From: Candidatus Saccharimonadia bacterium
Lineage (GTDB): Bacteria; Patescibacteriota; Saccharimonadia; UBA4664
Reading direction: 5' to 3'
Assembly (NCBI GenBank): GCA_035544015.1
Contig: DATKIP010000064.1
Coordinates: 2,131 to 66,130 of the forward strand
Length of the DNA stretch: 64,000 nucleotides
Below are positions 1 through 11,800 of the stretch, piece after piece. Numbering within the stretch: the stretch's first letter is position 1; the number at the start of each line of letters is the position of its first letter. The notes under the pieces are model-generated. The model saw only the letters and a list, made by a program, of their open reading frames with translations. It did not search any database and was not told where the DNA came from. The position numbers and the translations under genes are program-made.

Positions 1-402
1 GTGAGACATGCCCGACGAACTCATGAGCCGGCTACCAATGAGAAGGTCAGCCTCACCGTCGCGGATCTTTTCCAGGCCTTTCGCCAGGTCTATCGCTTCA
101 TGCTGGCCATCGGCATCAATGGTGGCCGCTACCCCGAAGCCGGATTGCTGGGCGTAGCTCAAGCCGGTAGCCGTGGCGCCACCGCTACCCGTATTGAGGA
201 TGTGCCGGATCACCCTCGCGCCAGCCTGCAGCGCCAGCGTGGCCGTATCATCTTTGGAGCCGTCATCCACCACTACTACCTCGTATCTATATTTCGTTTT
301 ACTCAGCTCTTTGTGCATTTCGGCCACCACACCACCAATACTCCGCCCCTCGTTGTAGGCGGGAATCACTATAGCGACCCTCAACTGTTCGTATTCACTC
401 AT
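1..402 (-). CDS. Glycosyltransferase family 2 (runs off window start)
   Basis: Hand translation of the - strand from ATG at 402: MSEYEQLRVAIVIPAYNEG...VVVVDDGSKD, the GT-A/GT2 N-terminal motifs. Absent from the ORF track because its stop lies outside the window. Confidence 0.85.
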   Translation of the reverse strand, partial: MSEYEQLRVAIVIPAYNEGRSIGGVVAEMHKELSKTKYRYEVVVVDDGSKDDTATLALQAGARVIRHILNTGSGGATATGLSYAQQSGFGVAATIDADGQHEAIDLAKGLEKIRDGEADLLIGSRLMSSSGMSH

Positions 403-574
403 TTTGCTACGAATATCTTACCAGATGCCGGGGCCCCGCAGCCGAAATGTTGACCTAGCCAAACAAATACCGTACACTGCTCTCGACGCCCCAATCCGAA
501 TTTGGGTTTTTGCCTTCCAAAAGGCCAGATTCGGGTATGGGAAGTGTAGTACCATATCCGAGAAGGGAATCGTC

Positions 575-2050
575 GTGCATTCGACGGTCTCACTCAGGGG
601 CGGGCAAACTCGCCCGCTCTCGCCGCTTCAGGTGCCAAATCGCCGAACGGCGGCCATCGGCGCTCTGCTCACGGTACTCGCCGCACTCCTGCTCGTCGGC
701 GCGCCCATCATCCCGGGCGCTACGACCGCCGGCCTCGCCAGCGTAGCTCATGCCGACGCCAGCCTCGCCATCTCTGCGCCCTGGGACTCCGGCAAGACGT
801 TCGCGGTCGGCAATCCCGGCGGCGAAGGCGGCGGCTATTACGGCCACTGCTGCTGGGACAGCAATGGCAACTACAACGCCACCGACTACTATGCCGTCGA
901 CATCAACGGCCCTGGCGGCGGCAATGCCGACTGCGGCGAGAACGTCCGAGCCACCAACACCGGCATTGTTAGTGCCGTGGGTACTTACTCGCCTGGTGGC
1001 ATCAGCTACATCCGCATCGACCACGGTTCCATTGCGGCGGGCTACATCAGCGAGTATCAGCACGTCACCGATCGAGTGGCGGTCGGTACTGTAGTGTCGC
1101 GCGGCGACATCATCGCCAAGTTCGGCAACGTCGGTACCACTTTCTGTCACCTGCACTTCGTGGTGAGGCATAGCGGTACGTCCGTGGCGCCCAGCCCAAT
1201 GTCTGGCACCGGCCTGCCGGCTTCGGGTGGCGCCTACGTCACCAGTGACAACTCTTCGACGCCAAACGCCACCCCGCGTATCGCCACCCTGGATGCCGGC
1301 GGCAACCTCAGCGTCAAAGAAGGCTCCCTCGGCGCGACGTGGACGCCGGTGGCTAGCGGGGTGAGTCAATTTCAACTCTCCCCCAATCGCATCGCAATCC
1401 TCGATGGCGGTGGCAACCTCAGCGTCAAGGAGGGGCCACTGAACGCCCCGTGGACCACCATCGGCACGGGCGTTACGGGCTTTCACGTCACCGACAACCG
1501 GATCGGTGCCCTCTTCGGGAACACTCTCGCCATCAAGGAGGGGCCGCTCGGCGCCACCTGGACAACGGTCTCTACCGGTGTCACCGACTTCGACCTCTCC
1601 CCCAACCGCATTGCCGTCCTCGACAGCAGCGGAGGTCTCAGCGTCAAGGAAGGGCCCATCGGCGCTACCTGGACATCCGTCGCGAGCGGTGTCGGTGTCG
1701 GCAAATTCCATGTCACAGACACTCGCGTTGGCGTGCTCTGGGGCACCGACCTCAACATCAAGGATGGGTCCCTGGGCGCCGGCTGGAGCGTGGTTATCAA
1801 TCCCACCGCCGACTTCCGGCTCTCGTCCAACCGCATCATGGCTAGGCAGAGCGACGGTACGCTGTATGTCAAGGAAGGCGCAATCGGCTCAAGCTGGACG
1901 CTCGTATCTGGCGGCGCCGACGGATTCGCCGTCTCTGACACGCGCGTTGAGGTCTGGGGCGGCGGAAACCTGTACGTCAAGGACGGGTCCATCGGCGCCA
2001 CCTGGGCTCTCGTAACCACCGGTTCTGTCGCCGGCGGCCTGTCTCAGTAA
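575..2050 (+). CDS. Secreted M23-family peptidase with C-terminal 7-repeat beta-propeller-like domain
   Basis: Hydrophobic signal segment ending VAHA; YYAVD and CHLHF M23-type motifs; seven ~37-aa repeats RIxxL...L.VKEG.LGA.W. ORF is open from 404; GTG 575 behind AAGGGA chosen as a plausible start. Confidence 0.75.
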   Translation: MHSTVSLRGGQTRPLSPLQVPNRRTAAIGALLTVLAALLLVGAPIIPGATTAGLASVAHADASLAISAPWDSGKTFAVGNPGGEGGGYYGHCCWDSNGNYNATDYYAVDINGPGGGNADCGENVRATNTGIVSAVGTYSPGGISYIRIDHGSIAAGYISEYQHVTDRVAVGTVVSRGDIIAKFGNVGTTFCHLHFVVRHSGTSVAPSPMSGTGLPASGGAYVTSDNSSTPNATPRIATLDAGGNLSVKEGSLGATWTPVASGVSQFQLSPNRIAILDGGGNLSVKEGPLNAPWTTIGTGVTGFHVTDNRIGALFGNTLAIKEGPLGATWTTVSTGVTDFDLSPNRIAVLDSSGGLSVKEGPIGATWTSVASGVGVGKFHVTDTRVGVLWGTDLNIKDGSLGAGWSVVINPTADFRLSSNRIMARQSDGTLYVKEGAIGSSWTLVSGGADGFAVSDTRVEVWGGGNLYVKDGSIGATWALVTTGSVAGGLSQ

Positions 2051-2085
2051 CGACACGAGCGGTGTCGCTCACTAGCCCCTAGCGG

Positions 2086-2117
2086 GAAGGCCCCTGGCCT
2101 CGCGCCGGGGGTTCTTC
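2086..2117 (+). terminator. GC-rich hairpin, probable terminator
   Basis: gaaggcccctggc...gccgggggttcttc just downstream of the peptidase stop. Confidence 0.5.
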
Positions 2118-2252
2118 TCGTTTATCCCGGAGGCGAACGTCCCGGCCGCTGCTCACGCTGGCTGCCTCAGCCCAATCTCAGTCCCCGCGCGCTAGAGTAG
2201 GCGTGTATAGTAGAATAGATCCATTCCCATCCGTGAGTGCTAAGGAGTCCCC

Positions 2253-2408
2253 ATGAAACATCTGCTCGCTTATCTCGATCCCGGCGCCGGGAGCATGCTC
2301 ATCCAGTCGATTATCGGCGGCGTGCTCGGCCTAGCCTACGCCGGCCGCAAAACCCTCCACCGGGTCATCGGCGCGTTACGCAAAAAAGACAGCACCGAGA
2401 AATCGTGA
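2253..2408 (+). CDS. 51-aa membrane peptide with AYLDPGxGS motif
   Basis: TAAGGAG SD then MKHLLAYLDPGAGSMLIQSIIGGVLGLAYAGRKTLHRVIGALRKKDSTEKS*; below the ORF-track length cutoff. Confidence 0.8.
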   Translation: MKHLLAYLDPGAGSMLIQSIIGGVLGLAYAGRKTLHRVIGALRKKDSTEKS

Positions 2409-2433
2409 TCGAGCGCAGTTGCAGGCGCGGGCT

Positions 2434-3822
2434 ATGAAGCACGCCGCCTCCTTTCGCGATCCCGCCGGCTTTGTGTTTGAGCATCGCGGCCGGCTGCTGC
2501 GGCAGGTCAATGCCGCCGGCGTCGCCGACTACGATTCGCTGATGCAAAGCGGCCTCTACGAGCAGCTCACCGGCCAGCACCTGCTCATCCCGCACCGCGA
2601 AGTCGAGATCGAAGGCCTACCGCCCGACGCCGACCGCCGCCTCGTCATCGAGCCCGACCGCGTCCGCACCATCTCGTACCCGTACGAATGGGGCTTTTCG
2701 CAGCTCCAAGACGCCGCGCTCACCACTCTGGCCGTCCAAGCCGAGGCGCTGCGGCATGGCCTCACGCTCAAAGACGCCAGCGCCTACAACATTCAATTCC
2801 ACGAGGGGCGGCCGCTGCTCATCGACACCCTGTCATTTGAAAAATACACCCCCTCCAGCCCCTGGGCGGCGTATCGGCAATTTTGCCAACATTTCTTGGC
2901 ACCGCTAGCACTCATGTCGCAGGTCGATGTCGATCTGGGCAAACTGCTCCTGGTGCACCTCGACGGCGTGCCGCTGCCGCTGGCCGCCAAGCTGTTGCCC
3001 CGCCGTGCGCGCCTGTCGCCGGGGCTGGCCATGCACCTGTTTTTGCACGCCCGCGCCCAATCTCGCACCCCGCAGGCCGCGTCGGCTGCCGGTCCGGGCA
3101 GCCATCGGCGGCTCAGCCAATCCGGCCTCGAAGGCCTCGTCGACAGCCTCACGCGCACCGTCCGCGGCCTCAGGTGGCGCGGCGGCAAAACCGAATGGGG
3201 CGATTACTACAACGCCACCAATTACAGCGCCACCGCCTTCGAGCACAAGCAGGCAGTGGTAGCCAGCTTCCTCGACGAAGTGCGGCCGCAAACCGTCTGG
3301 GACCTCGGCGCCAACACCGGCCAATTCAGCCGCCTGGCCGGCGACCGCGGCATCCATACCGTCAGCTTCGACATCGATCCCGTCGCCGTCGAGGCCAACT
3401 ACCGCCTGGTGCGCGACCGCCGCGAGCCCAACATCCTGCCGCTGCTGCTCGACCTCACCAATCCCAGCCCCGCCATCGGCTGGGCCAACGCCGAGCGCAG
3501 CTCGCTGGCCCAGCGCGGTCGCGCCGATCTCGTGATGGCCCTCGCGCTCGTGCACCATCTGGCCATCTCCAACAACCTCCCGCTCGCCTCTATCGCCGCC
3601 TACTTCGCCGCCCTGGGCCGGCACCTCGTAGTCGAATTCATCCCCAAATCCGACTCCAAGGTTCAAATTTTGCTCGCCACCCGCCCCGACATTTTCCCGG
3701 ATTACACCATGGCCGGCTTCGAGCGGGCGTTTGCGCAGCATTTCCAGATCGTAAAAAAGCTGCCGGTGAAAAACTCCGAACGCACCCTTTACCTCATGGA
3801 AAATCTCATGGAAAAAGCCTAA
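2434..3822 (+). CDS. Kinase-like N-domain plus class I SAM-dependent methyltransferase
   Basis: SFRDPAG start, LKDASAYN and LIDTLSF kinase-like motifs, [12 protein letters not shown]-binding motif. Confidence 0.8.
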   Translation: MKHAASFRDPAGFVFEHRGRLLRQVNAAGVADYDSLMQSGLYEQLTGQHLLIPHREVEIEGLPPDADRRLVIEPDRVRTISYPYEWGFSQLQDAALTTLAVQAEALRHGLTLKDASAYNIQFHEGRPLLIDTLSFEKYTPSSPWAAYRQFCQHFLAPLALMSQVDVDLGKLLLVHLDGVPLPLAAKLLPRRARLSPGLAMHLFLHARAQSRTPQAASAAGPGSHRRLSQSGLEGLVDSLTRTVRGLRWRGGKTEWGDYYNATNYSATAFEHKQAVVASFLDEVRPQTVWDLGANTGQFSRLAGDRGIHTVSFDIDPVAVEANYRLVRDRREPNILPLLLDLTNPSPAIGWANAERSSLAQRGRADLVMALALVHHLAISNNLPLASIAAYFAALGRHLVVEFIPKSDSKVQILLATRPDIFPDYTMAGFERAFAQHFQIVKKLPVKNSERTLYLMENLMEKA

Positions 3823-4685
3823 CGCTCCGCCAGCAGTCCCCGCAGGTACTTGCCATACCCGCTCTTAAGTAGCTTGCCGGCTAGCGCGTCGAGGTGTTCG
3901 TCGGTAATATAGCCCTCTTGCCACGCCACCTCTTCCACGCAGCCCACCTTGAGCGCCTGCCGTTCCTCTACCACTTGCACAAATTGGCTGGCCTGCATCA
4001 TAGACGCAAACGTGCCGGTATCGAGCCAGGCCGTGCCGCGGTCGAGCACGCCCACGCTCAGCTTGCCACGCTTGAGGTACTGATTGTTCACCTCGGTGAT
4101 TTCCAGCTCACCCCGGTCGCTTGGTTTGATGTGCTTGGCGATGTCCACCACCTCGTTATCGTAAAAATACAGCCCCGGCACCGCGTAATTGCTCTTGGGC
4201 TTATCCGGCTTTTCCTCGATGCTCACCGCCTTCATGTGCGCGTCAAACTCCACTACACCGTAGCGCTCTGGGTCGGCTACGTGGTAGGCGAAAATCACCC
4301 CGCCGTCCGGATCAGTATGATCTTTGAGCTTCGAGCCCAAATCCGATCCGTAGAAGATATTGTCACCCAAGATCAACGCCACCTTGTCGTCGCCAATGAA
4401 GTCGTCGCCAATGATAAACGCCTGCGCCAGTCCCTCTGGCCGCGGCTGGATTTTGTACGTAAAGTTGCACCCGATCTGCTCGCCGCTGCCCAGCAACCGC
4501 TCAAATCCAGGCATATCCTGCTCAGTCGAGATGATCAAAATATCCCGGATCCCCGCCATCATCAAAGTCGACAGAGGATAGTAAATCATCGGCTTGTCGT
4601 AGATCGGCATCAATTGCTTCGAAATGCCCTGCGTAATGGGGTAGAGGCGCGTGCCCGAGCCACCCGCTAAAATAATTCCCTTCAT
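3819..4685 (-). CDS. rfbA: Glucose-1-phosphate thymidylyltransferase
   Basis: [18 protein letters not shown]...[17 protein letters not shown]; RGELEIT; WLDTGT. Confidence 0.97.
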   Translation of the reverse strand: MKGIILAGGSGTRLYPITQGISKQLMPIYDKPMIYYPLSTLMMAGIRDILIISTEQDMPGFERLLGSGEQIGCNFTYKIQPRPEGLAQAFIIGDDFIGDDKVALILGDNIFYGSDLGSKLKDHTDPDGGVIFAYHVADPERYGVVEFDAHMKAVSIEEKPDKPKSNYAVPGLYFYDNEVVDIAKHIKPSDRGELEITEVNNQYLKRGKLSVGVLDRGTAWLDTGTFASMMQASQFVQVVEERQALKVGCVEEVAWQEGYITDEHLDALAGKLLKSGYGKYLRGLLAER

Positions 4686-5560
4686 GATGATTTCACTTCC
4701 TTCCCTTGTTCGCGCTTGATGTAATCATGCAGTTCTTCGCGCCAGTCCGGCAATTTCACCCCAGCCGACTTAATCTTAGCCAAGTCGTAGTCGCCCTTGA
4801 GCGGTCGCGGCGCCGAGGTCGGCTTGTCTTTGAAGTATTCCGGCGTTGTGATGTCTGTGACGCTCAAATCGTCGCGTCCGAGCTCGCGAAAGATTGCCCG
4901 CGTCACCTCGGCCCAGGATACCACGTCGCCATCGTCCGACACATGATAGATACCATAATCAGCCCGCTTTTTCAGCAACACTTCGATCGCATCCACCAAG
5001 GTACTCGAAAACGTCAGGCGGCCCACTTGGTCGCCCACTACTCGCGGCGAAATGTTCTTGGCGGCCAGCCCCATCATGGTCTTCACGAAATTCGGCCCAT
5101 CGCCCACCAGCCACATGGTCCGCACGATGTAATGCTTGGGCGCCACCCGGACGGCCATGTCGCCCGCCGCCTTCGTTTGGGCATAGACTCCCAGTGGCGC
5201 CACGCCCTCATCCTCGCGGTGGGCCGACTGCGAGCCGTCGTAAACCGTCTCACTTGATACGTGCACCACAGTCAGATCCCGCTCCACCGCCACCCGCGCC
5301 AGATTGGCCACGGCCGCAGCATTAATCGCCCAGGCCGTGCGCCGCCCCTCGGGCGTCTCGGCGCCGTCCACGTTGGTGTAGGCCGCCGCGTTGAGCAGAT
5401 ACTTGATCCCGCTCCAGTCAAACGCCTCCAGCGCCTGCACGCTCGTAATGTCGAGCCCGTCGCGGTCCACTGCTCGAGCGCCCGGAAACCGCTCCGCCAG
5501 CGCCTTCCCCAGCTGCCCGTACGCGCCCACAATCAAAATCTCAGAATCATTCATGCTCAT
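4682..5560 (-). CDS. rfbD: dTDP-4-dehydrorhamnose reductase
   Basis: [27 protein letters not shown] motif; inside the rml cluster. Confidence 0.93.
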   Translation of the reverse strand: MSMNDSEILIVGAYGQLGKALAERFPGARAVDRDGLDITSVQALEAFDWSGIKYLLNAAAYTNVDGAETPEGRRTAWAINAAAVANLARVAVERDLTVVHVSSETVYDGSQSAHREDEGVAPLGVYAQTKAAGDMAVRVAPKHYIVRTMWLVGDGPNFVKTMMGLAAKNISPRVVGDQVGRLTFSSTLVDAIEVLLKKRADYGIYHVSDDGDVVSWAEVTRAIFRELGRDDLSVTDITTPEYFKDKPTSAPRPLKGDYDLAKIKSAGVKLPDWREELHDYIKREQGKEVKSS

Positions 5561-6105
5561 ACCTCCATCGGCGTCACGGCCGAAAGCAAAGGGTGTGCCT
5601 TGTCTTTATCCGACACAATTGCCTGATCCGCCCCGAGCGGCCAGGCAATGCCCAGCGCCGGATCAAACGCGTTCACCATGGTATATTCGGCCTCCGGCGA
5701 CCAATGCGCGTCCACCAGATATGTGTACGTTACGTTCGGCTCCAGCGTTTGGTAGCCATTCGCCACCCCTTGCGGCACAAATACCGCCTTCGCGGGCGTG
5801 ATCTCCAGGGTGTGCGTCCGGCCAAACCCCGGTCCTTTGCGCAGGTCGACCCACGCGCCAAACACGCGTCCGCCGGCCACCGAAATAAACTTCACCCACG
5901 GTTCCGTATGCAGCCCGCGTGTCACCCCCGCCTCGCCGTTGAATGAAAAGTTGTTCTGCACTACCTCAAAGTGGGGGAGACCGAGTGCCTCCATCTTCTC
6001 GCGCTGATAATTTTCCTTAAACCATCCCCGGTCGTCGCGGTGCACCGCCAAATCAATCTCGAACAGCCCCGGAATCGCCGTCTCGCGCACTGCCAAGTCT
6101 GCCAT
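5557..6105 (-). CDS. rfbC: dTDP-4-dehydrorhamnose 3,5-epimerase
   Basis: DDRGWFKE, TRGLH, VDLR motifs. Confidence 0.93.
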   Translation of the reverse strand: MADLAVRETAIPGLFEIDLAVHRDDRGWFKENYQREKMEALGLPHFEVVQNNFSFNGEAGVTRGLHTEPWVKFISVAGGRVFGAWVDLRKGPGFGRTHTLEITPAKAVFVPQGVANGYQTLEPNVTYTYLVDAHWSPEAEYTMVNAFDPALGIAWPLGADQAIVSDKDKAHPLLSAVTPMEV

Positions 6106-6107
6106 CG

Positions 6108-7703
<1,596 letters not shown>

Positions 7704-7745
7704 CGCTCGGCACCCCCGCACCGCCCGCCCTCTTGAGGAGTCTTC

Positions 7746-8405
7746 ATGGCACTCGACCGCACTCCGTCCGTGAACCTCGACAATATACCTCTCGATCAGC
7801 TGATCGAGGCCGCCAGGCGGCGCATCGCCGACAGCGGCCTGTCCGCCCCCGACTCCGCCGTCCAGTTTGCCCGCACCGTCGTGCCGATGCTGCGGGTCAC
7901 GCTCGTGGTCCTGCGCCCGAGCTCCGACGGTGGGTTCGACATGCTGCTGACACCGCCGTGCGAAGCCGCCGACTACACCGTGACCGGCGGCTTCCTGGCG
8001 GAGGGCGAATCGATCCAGGGAGCACTCAACCGCATTGCCGTGGGCCTGTTGGACCTCAATCTAGGCCACGATCCGCTGCCCGCGGGAATCGTGGTCGACC
8101 GGGGCACCGACCGGTCGCACATCCTGCACGCCGTGTTCTGCTACGTCGTGCGCCGCGGCGAACTGCCCAGCGGCCCACGCGAGTGGCACCACCATATGCG
8201 CCGCCCCGCCAACCTCAGCGAGGCCATGAGGAAAGCCGTCAGCCTGGCGCTGGCCGTGGCCAACGACCCGCTCCGGGCCGCGCCCTGGCTGGAGCCGACC
8301 GAGGGATTCCGCACCCCACGTCCCAATCCCCAGATCGGCCACCGGGGTGGCAATCGCCCGCGCTGGGGCCCTCGCAGCTACGGGCGCCCCGACACCACCC
8401 CCTGA
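7746..8405 (+). CDS. Hypothetical, degenerate Nudix-fold-like protein
   Basis: GAGGAG SD; VTLVVL...MLLT...VTGGFLAEGESIQGALNRI, a Nudix-box-like segment lacking the REUXEE glutamates. Confidence 0.6.
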   Translation: MALDRTPSVNLDNIPLDQLIEAARRRIADSGLSAPDSAVQFARTVVPMLRVTLVVLRPSSDGGFDMLLTPPCEAADYTVTGGFLAEGESIQGALNRIAVGLLDLNLGHDPLPAGIVVDRGTDRSHILHAVFCYVVRRGELPSGPREWHHHMRRPANLSEAMRKAVSLALAVANDPLRAAPWLEPTEGFRTPRPNPQIGHRGGNRPRWGPRSYGRPDTTP

Positions 8406-8412
8406 CGCCAAC

Positions 8413-8449
8413 GCCCCCGGGACCGCTGCCCTATCGCGGTCCCGGGGGC
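8413..8449. terminator. 14-bp GC hairpin between convergent genes
   Basis: gcccccgggaccgc / gcggtcccgggggc perfect inverted repeat. Confidence 0.65.
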
Positions 8450-8471
8450 AACCCCCAGTTTTTATCCAGGC

Positions 8472-8978
8472 CTATTTTCCGTCGCGCCGGCGGGCGTGCT
8501 CTTCCCACTCCCGCAAGAAATCGCTCGACGACCAGCGCTTATCAAGCCCCACGCCGCTGATCACCTCGATCCCGTACTGCTGGCACGTGCCCCATTCCGG
8601 AATACTAGTCTCATCCACGCGGTCGCCGCCCTTGGTAAACACCGCCGGCCGCAGCGCCTCCAGCGCCTTGATCACCGTCTGGTCGTCCTCAATCTCAAAC
8701 GGCACCACGTAATCCACCTCGCGTAGTGCGCTCACGATCAGCATACGCGTGGCCAGGTCCTGAAACGGCTTGCCTTTTTTGGCGCGCAAAAACGCGTCAC
8801 CATTCACGATCACCACCAATGTGTCGCCGTAGTCTTTGCTATCCATAATGCAGCTAATGTGGCCCGGGTGAATCGGGTCAAACCCGCCGCTCGTCGCCAC
8901 AATTTTGCCAAGGTGGTCCCGCATCCCGTCCAATTCTTCAAATGTCACGATCTTCGCGCCAAAATCCTGTCGTTGCAT
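8472..8978 (-). CDS. Cytidylyl/adenylyltransferase (HIGH family, RfaE domain II/TagD-like)
   Basis: SGGFDPIHPGH, KGGDR, WSSS motifs. Confidence 0.88.
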   Translation of the reverse strand: MQRQDFGAKIVTFEELDGMRDHLGKIVATSGGFDPIHPGHISCIMDSKDYGDTLVVIVNGDAFLRAKKGKPFQDLATRMLIVSALREVDYVVPFEIEDDQTVIKALEALRPAVFTKGGDRVDETSIPEWGTCQQYGIEVISGVGLDKRWSSSDFLREWEEHARRRDGK

Positions 8979-9042
8979 GCTCTCGCGCCTTTAATGCTGT
9001 TAGTTGTAGCGTACCCTGGGCCAAGATTCAAGAGGAGTAACC

Positions 9043-9495
9043 TCAAACCTTCCAGCCGCGGTCGGGCTGCGCCCGCATCGCCTCTGTCTCGTCTGGCCGC
9101 GCGTAATCATCCTCGAGCCGCCAGGTGGTCCCCAGCTCTGGCGTCGAGGCCTCAAACACCTCGCAGTCGGTGAGCCCCACCAGCCGGTGCCGCTGCCCCA
9201 CTTGGCTCGTGTACCCCATGCCCGGCTCGAGCTCGATTTGCTCTAGCTCGCCGGCCGCATTTTCGAGCAGCACCGCCGCCCTCCCCGCATGCACCACCCA
9301 GCTCTCGCTCTTGGCGTCGTGGGCCTGCAGGCTCACTCGGCAGCCTTTATTGATATGCAAAATCTTCATCATGTACGGCCCGCCGTCGGCCGTTAAGTGC
9401 ACTTCGTAGCCCCACGGCTTGACCACGCGTTTCGCGTACCCAGCCGTCGTGAAACCACCCTTGTCGATCATATCGAGAAAATCTAAATGCTTCAT
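9043..9495 (-). CDS. Cupin (mannose-6-phosphate isomerase type II C-terminal-like)
   Basis: VKPWGYE, SLQAH..KSESW, HRL, EASTPE...RLEDDY. Confidence 0.8.
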   Translation of the reverse strand: MKHLDFLDMIDKGGFTTAGYAKRVVKPWGYEVHLTADGGPYMMKILHINKGCRVSLQAHDAKSESWVVHAGRAAVLLENAAGELEQIELEPGMGYTSQVGQRHRLVGLTDCEVFEASTPELGTTWRLEDDYARPDETEAMRAQPDRGWKV

Positions 9496-9533
9496 ATGCT
9501 TCCCATTGTACTCGCGAAGCGTATAATCAGGCC

Positions 9534-11357
9534 ATGTGCGGAATTGTCGGTTACATTGGCAAAGATAAAGCGCTCCCCGTGCTTGTAAACGGTTTGCGGC
9601 GTATGGAATACCGCGGATACGACTCCGCGGGCGTCGCCGTGGTTGATCATGGCCACATGGGCATCGTGAAGCGTCCCGGCAAAATCGCCAATCTGGTGGA
9701 GGCGCTCGAGGAACACCCGCTCGAGGGTCACCTCGGCATCGGCCACACCCGCTGGGCCACCCATGGCATCCCCAACGAGCTCAACGCCCACCCTCACCAA
9801 GCCGGCCATATCGCCATTATTCACAATGGCATCATCGAGAATTTTGCCTCCATCAAGGAGCAATTAGGCTCTGGCATCAAATATCTCAGCGACACCGACA
9901 CCGAGGTGCTGGCGCAGCTCATCGCTGCCGAGCGCGAAACAGCGCCGTCGCTCGAGGCCGCCGTGCTGGCCGCCCTACTCCAGGTCGAGGGCACCTTCGG
10001 CCTCGTCGTCATCGACGACCGCGACCCCGGCAAGCTGGTGGCTGCCCGCCGCGGCAGCCCGTTGCTGCTCGGCATCGCCCCCGACGCCACCTACGTGGCC
10101 TCCGACGCCGCTGCCATCATCGGCTACACCGACCGCGTCGTGTACCTCGAAGACGACGAAATCGCCGTCTGCCAGGCCGGCAAATATGAGGTGATTGATT
10201 TCGAAGCCCAGGCCAAGGACCACGAAGAGGTCCAGATCCAGCTCGAGCTGGCCGCCATCGAAAAGGCCGGCTACGATCACTTTCTGCTCAAAGAAATCAT
10301 GGAGCAGCCCCGTACCATCGCCGACACCCTGCGCGGCCGCCTCGACGCCGAAAACGGCACCAGCCATCTCGGAGGCCTCAATCTGGCCGAGGGCTCCTAC
10401 CAAAACATCAGCCGGTTCCTCACCGTGGCCTGCGGCACCGCCTACTATTCGGGCCTGCTCGGCAAATACTTCCTGGAGCGCATGACCGGCCTGCCCGTCG
10501 ACGTCGAGGTCGCCTCCGAATTCCGCTACCGCGAGCCGGTAGTTTCCGAGCACGCGCTGGGCATGGTGGTTTCGCAATCCGGCGAAACCGCCGACACCTT
10601 GGCCTCCCTACGCGAAATGCAGCGCCGCGGCATCCGCACGCTCGGCCTCGTCAACGTGGTCGGTTCCAGCGTGGCGCGCGAAGTCGACGGCGGCATCTAC
10701 CTCCATGCCGGCCCCGAAATCTCGGTGGCCTCTACCAAGGCCTACACCTCGCAGGTCCTGGCACAATTACTCATCGGCCTCCAGGTCGGCCGCGCCCGCA
10801 GCCTCTCGGTCCGCGACGGCAAGGCCATCGTGGCCGCGCTCGAGGCTCTGCCGGCCCAGGTGCAGCACATCCTGGATCAGCACGACAAAATCCGCGCCCT
10901 GGCCAAAAAACTCAGCCACTTCAACAACGCCATGTACCTCGGCCGCGACACCCTCTATCCCGTGGCCCTCGAGGGTGCCCTCAAGCTCAAAGAGGTTGCC
11001 TACATTCACGCCGAGGCCTACCCCGCCGGCGAGCTCAAGCACGGCCCCATCGCCATGATCGACGAGAATCTGCTCGTGGTCTTCCTGCACCCCAAAAACG
11101 ACCTCTACGACAAATCCCAATCTAGCCTCGAGCAAGTCCGGGCTCGCGGTGGCCAGCTGCTAATCGTGGGCACCGAAGGCGACGACACCCTCAAGCAATT
11201 CTCCGAGCATGTCATTTACATCCCCGAAGCCAATCCCTACACCCAGCCCTTGCTGGCCAACATCCCGCTCCAGCTCTTTGCCTACTACGTCGCCGTCGAA
11301 CGCGGCACCGACGTCGACCAGCCCCGCAACCTCGCCAAATCCGTCACCGTCGAATAG
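9534..11357 (+). CDS. glmS: Glutamine--fructose-6-phosphate transaminase
   Basis: MCGIVG, EYRGYDSAG, GHTRWATHG, SQSGETADT, PRNLAKSVTVE. Confidence 0.98.
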   Translation: MCGIVGYIGKDKALPVLVNGLRRMEYRGYDSAGVAVVDHGHMGIVKRPGKIANLVEALEEHPLEGHLGIGHTRWATHGIPNELNAHPHQAGHIAIIHNGIIENFASIKEQLGSGIKYLSDTDTEVLAQLIAAERETAPSLEAAVLAALLQVEGTFGLVVIDDRDPGKLVAARRGSPLLLGIAPDATYVASDAAAIIGYTDRVVYLEDDEIAVCQAGKYEVIDFEAQAKDHEEVQIQLELAAIEKAGYDHFLLKEIMEQPRTIADTLRGRLDAENGTSHLGGLNLAEGSYQNISRFLTVACGTAYYSGLLGKYFLERMTGLPVDVEVASEFRYREPVVSEHALGMVVSQSGETADTLASLREMQRRGIRTLGLVNVVGSSVAREVDGGIYLHAGPEISVASTKAYTSQVLAQLLIGLQVGRARSLSVRDGKAIVAALEALPAQVQHILDQHDKIRALAKKLSHFNNAMYLGRDTLYPVALEGALKLKEVAYIHAEAYPAGELKHGPIAMIDENLLVVFLHPKNDLYDKSQSSLEQVRARGGQLLIVGTEGDDTLKQFSEHVIYIPEANPYTQPLLANIPLQLFAYYVAVERGTDVDQPRNLAKSVTVE

Positions 11358-11362
11358 CCGTC

Positions 11363-11779
11363 CTAAAACAGCTTGTCGACCGCCACTTTCACTTCGTAAT
11401 ACGTCGCCAGTTTTTCCGTACTCGTGAGCACAAACGGCTTGGTTTGCGCCGGATCAATGTCGCTCACCGTGCCAGTGGCCGTGCCCAGCGCCTTGCCGGC
11501 CTTGTCGAGAAACGTCGCGGTAATCGTGGCGCTCCGAGCCGCGTCTTCGTTGTTCGTGATGCTGCCACTCACCACCAGGTACCCCGCCGCATTCGTGGTC
11601 ACCTTTGAATTCGCCAGCGTCGTGCGCTCCTTGGTGGCCGGGCTGGCGGTGGCCGCTGGTGTCTCGCCCGCCGGCCGCTCGTTCACAAATTTATTGCCGC
11701 TTTCGGCCCATAGCAATGCCGCCCCAACCGCCACTACGACCACGCCAACAATCGTAAACAATCTGCGAGATGTACTCAT
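11363..11779 (-). CDS. Membrane-anchored FxLYD-type Ig-like protein
   Basis: N-terminal TM helix; VSGSITN...ITATFLDKAGKALG...IDPAQTKPF pattern. Confidence 0.65.
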   Translation of the reverse strand: MSTSRRLFTIVGVVVVAVGAALLWAESGNKFVNERPAGETPAATASPATKERTTLANSKVTTNAAGYLVVSGSITNNEDAARSATITATFLDKAGKALGTATGTVSDIDPAQTKPFVLTSTEKLATYYEVKVAVDKLF

Positions 11780-11800
11780 ATCGCGCCTCCTGATATGAAG

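Noticed and set aside
1-453. 150-aa + strand ORF at window start
   Set aside because: It is antisense to a clear GT2 gene on the - strand.
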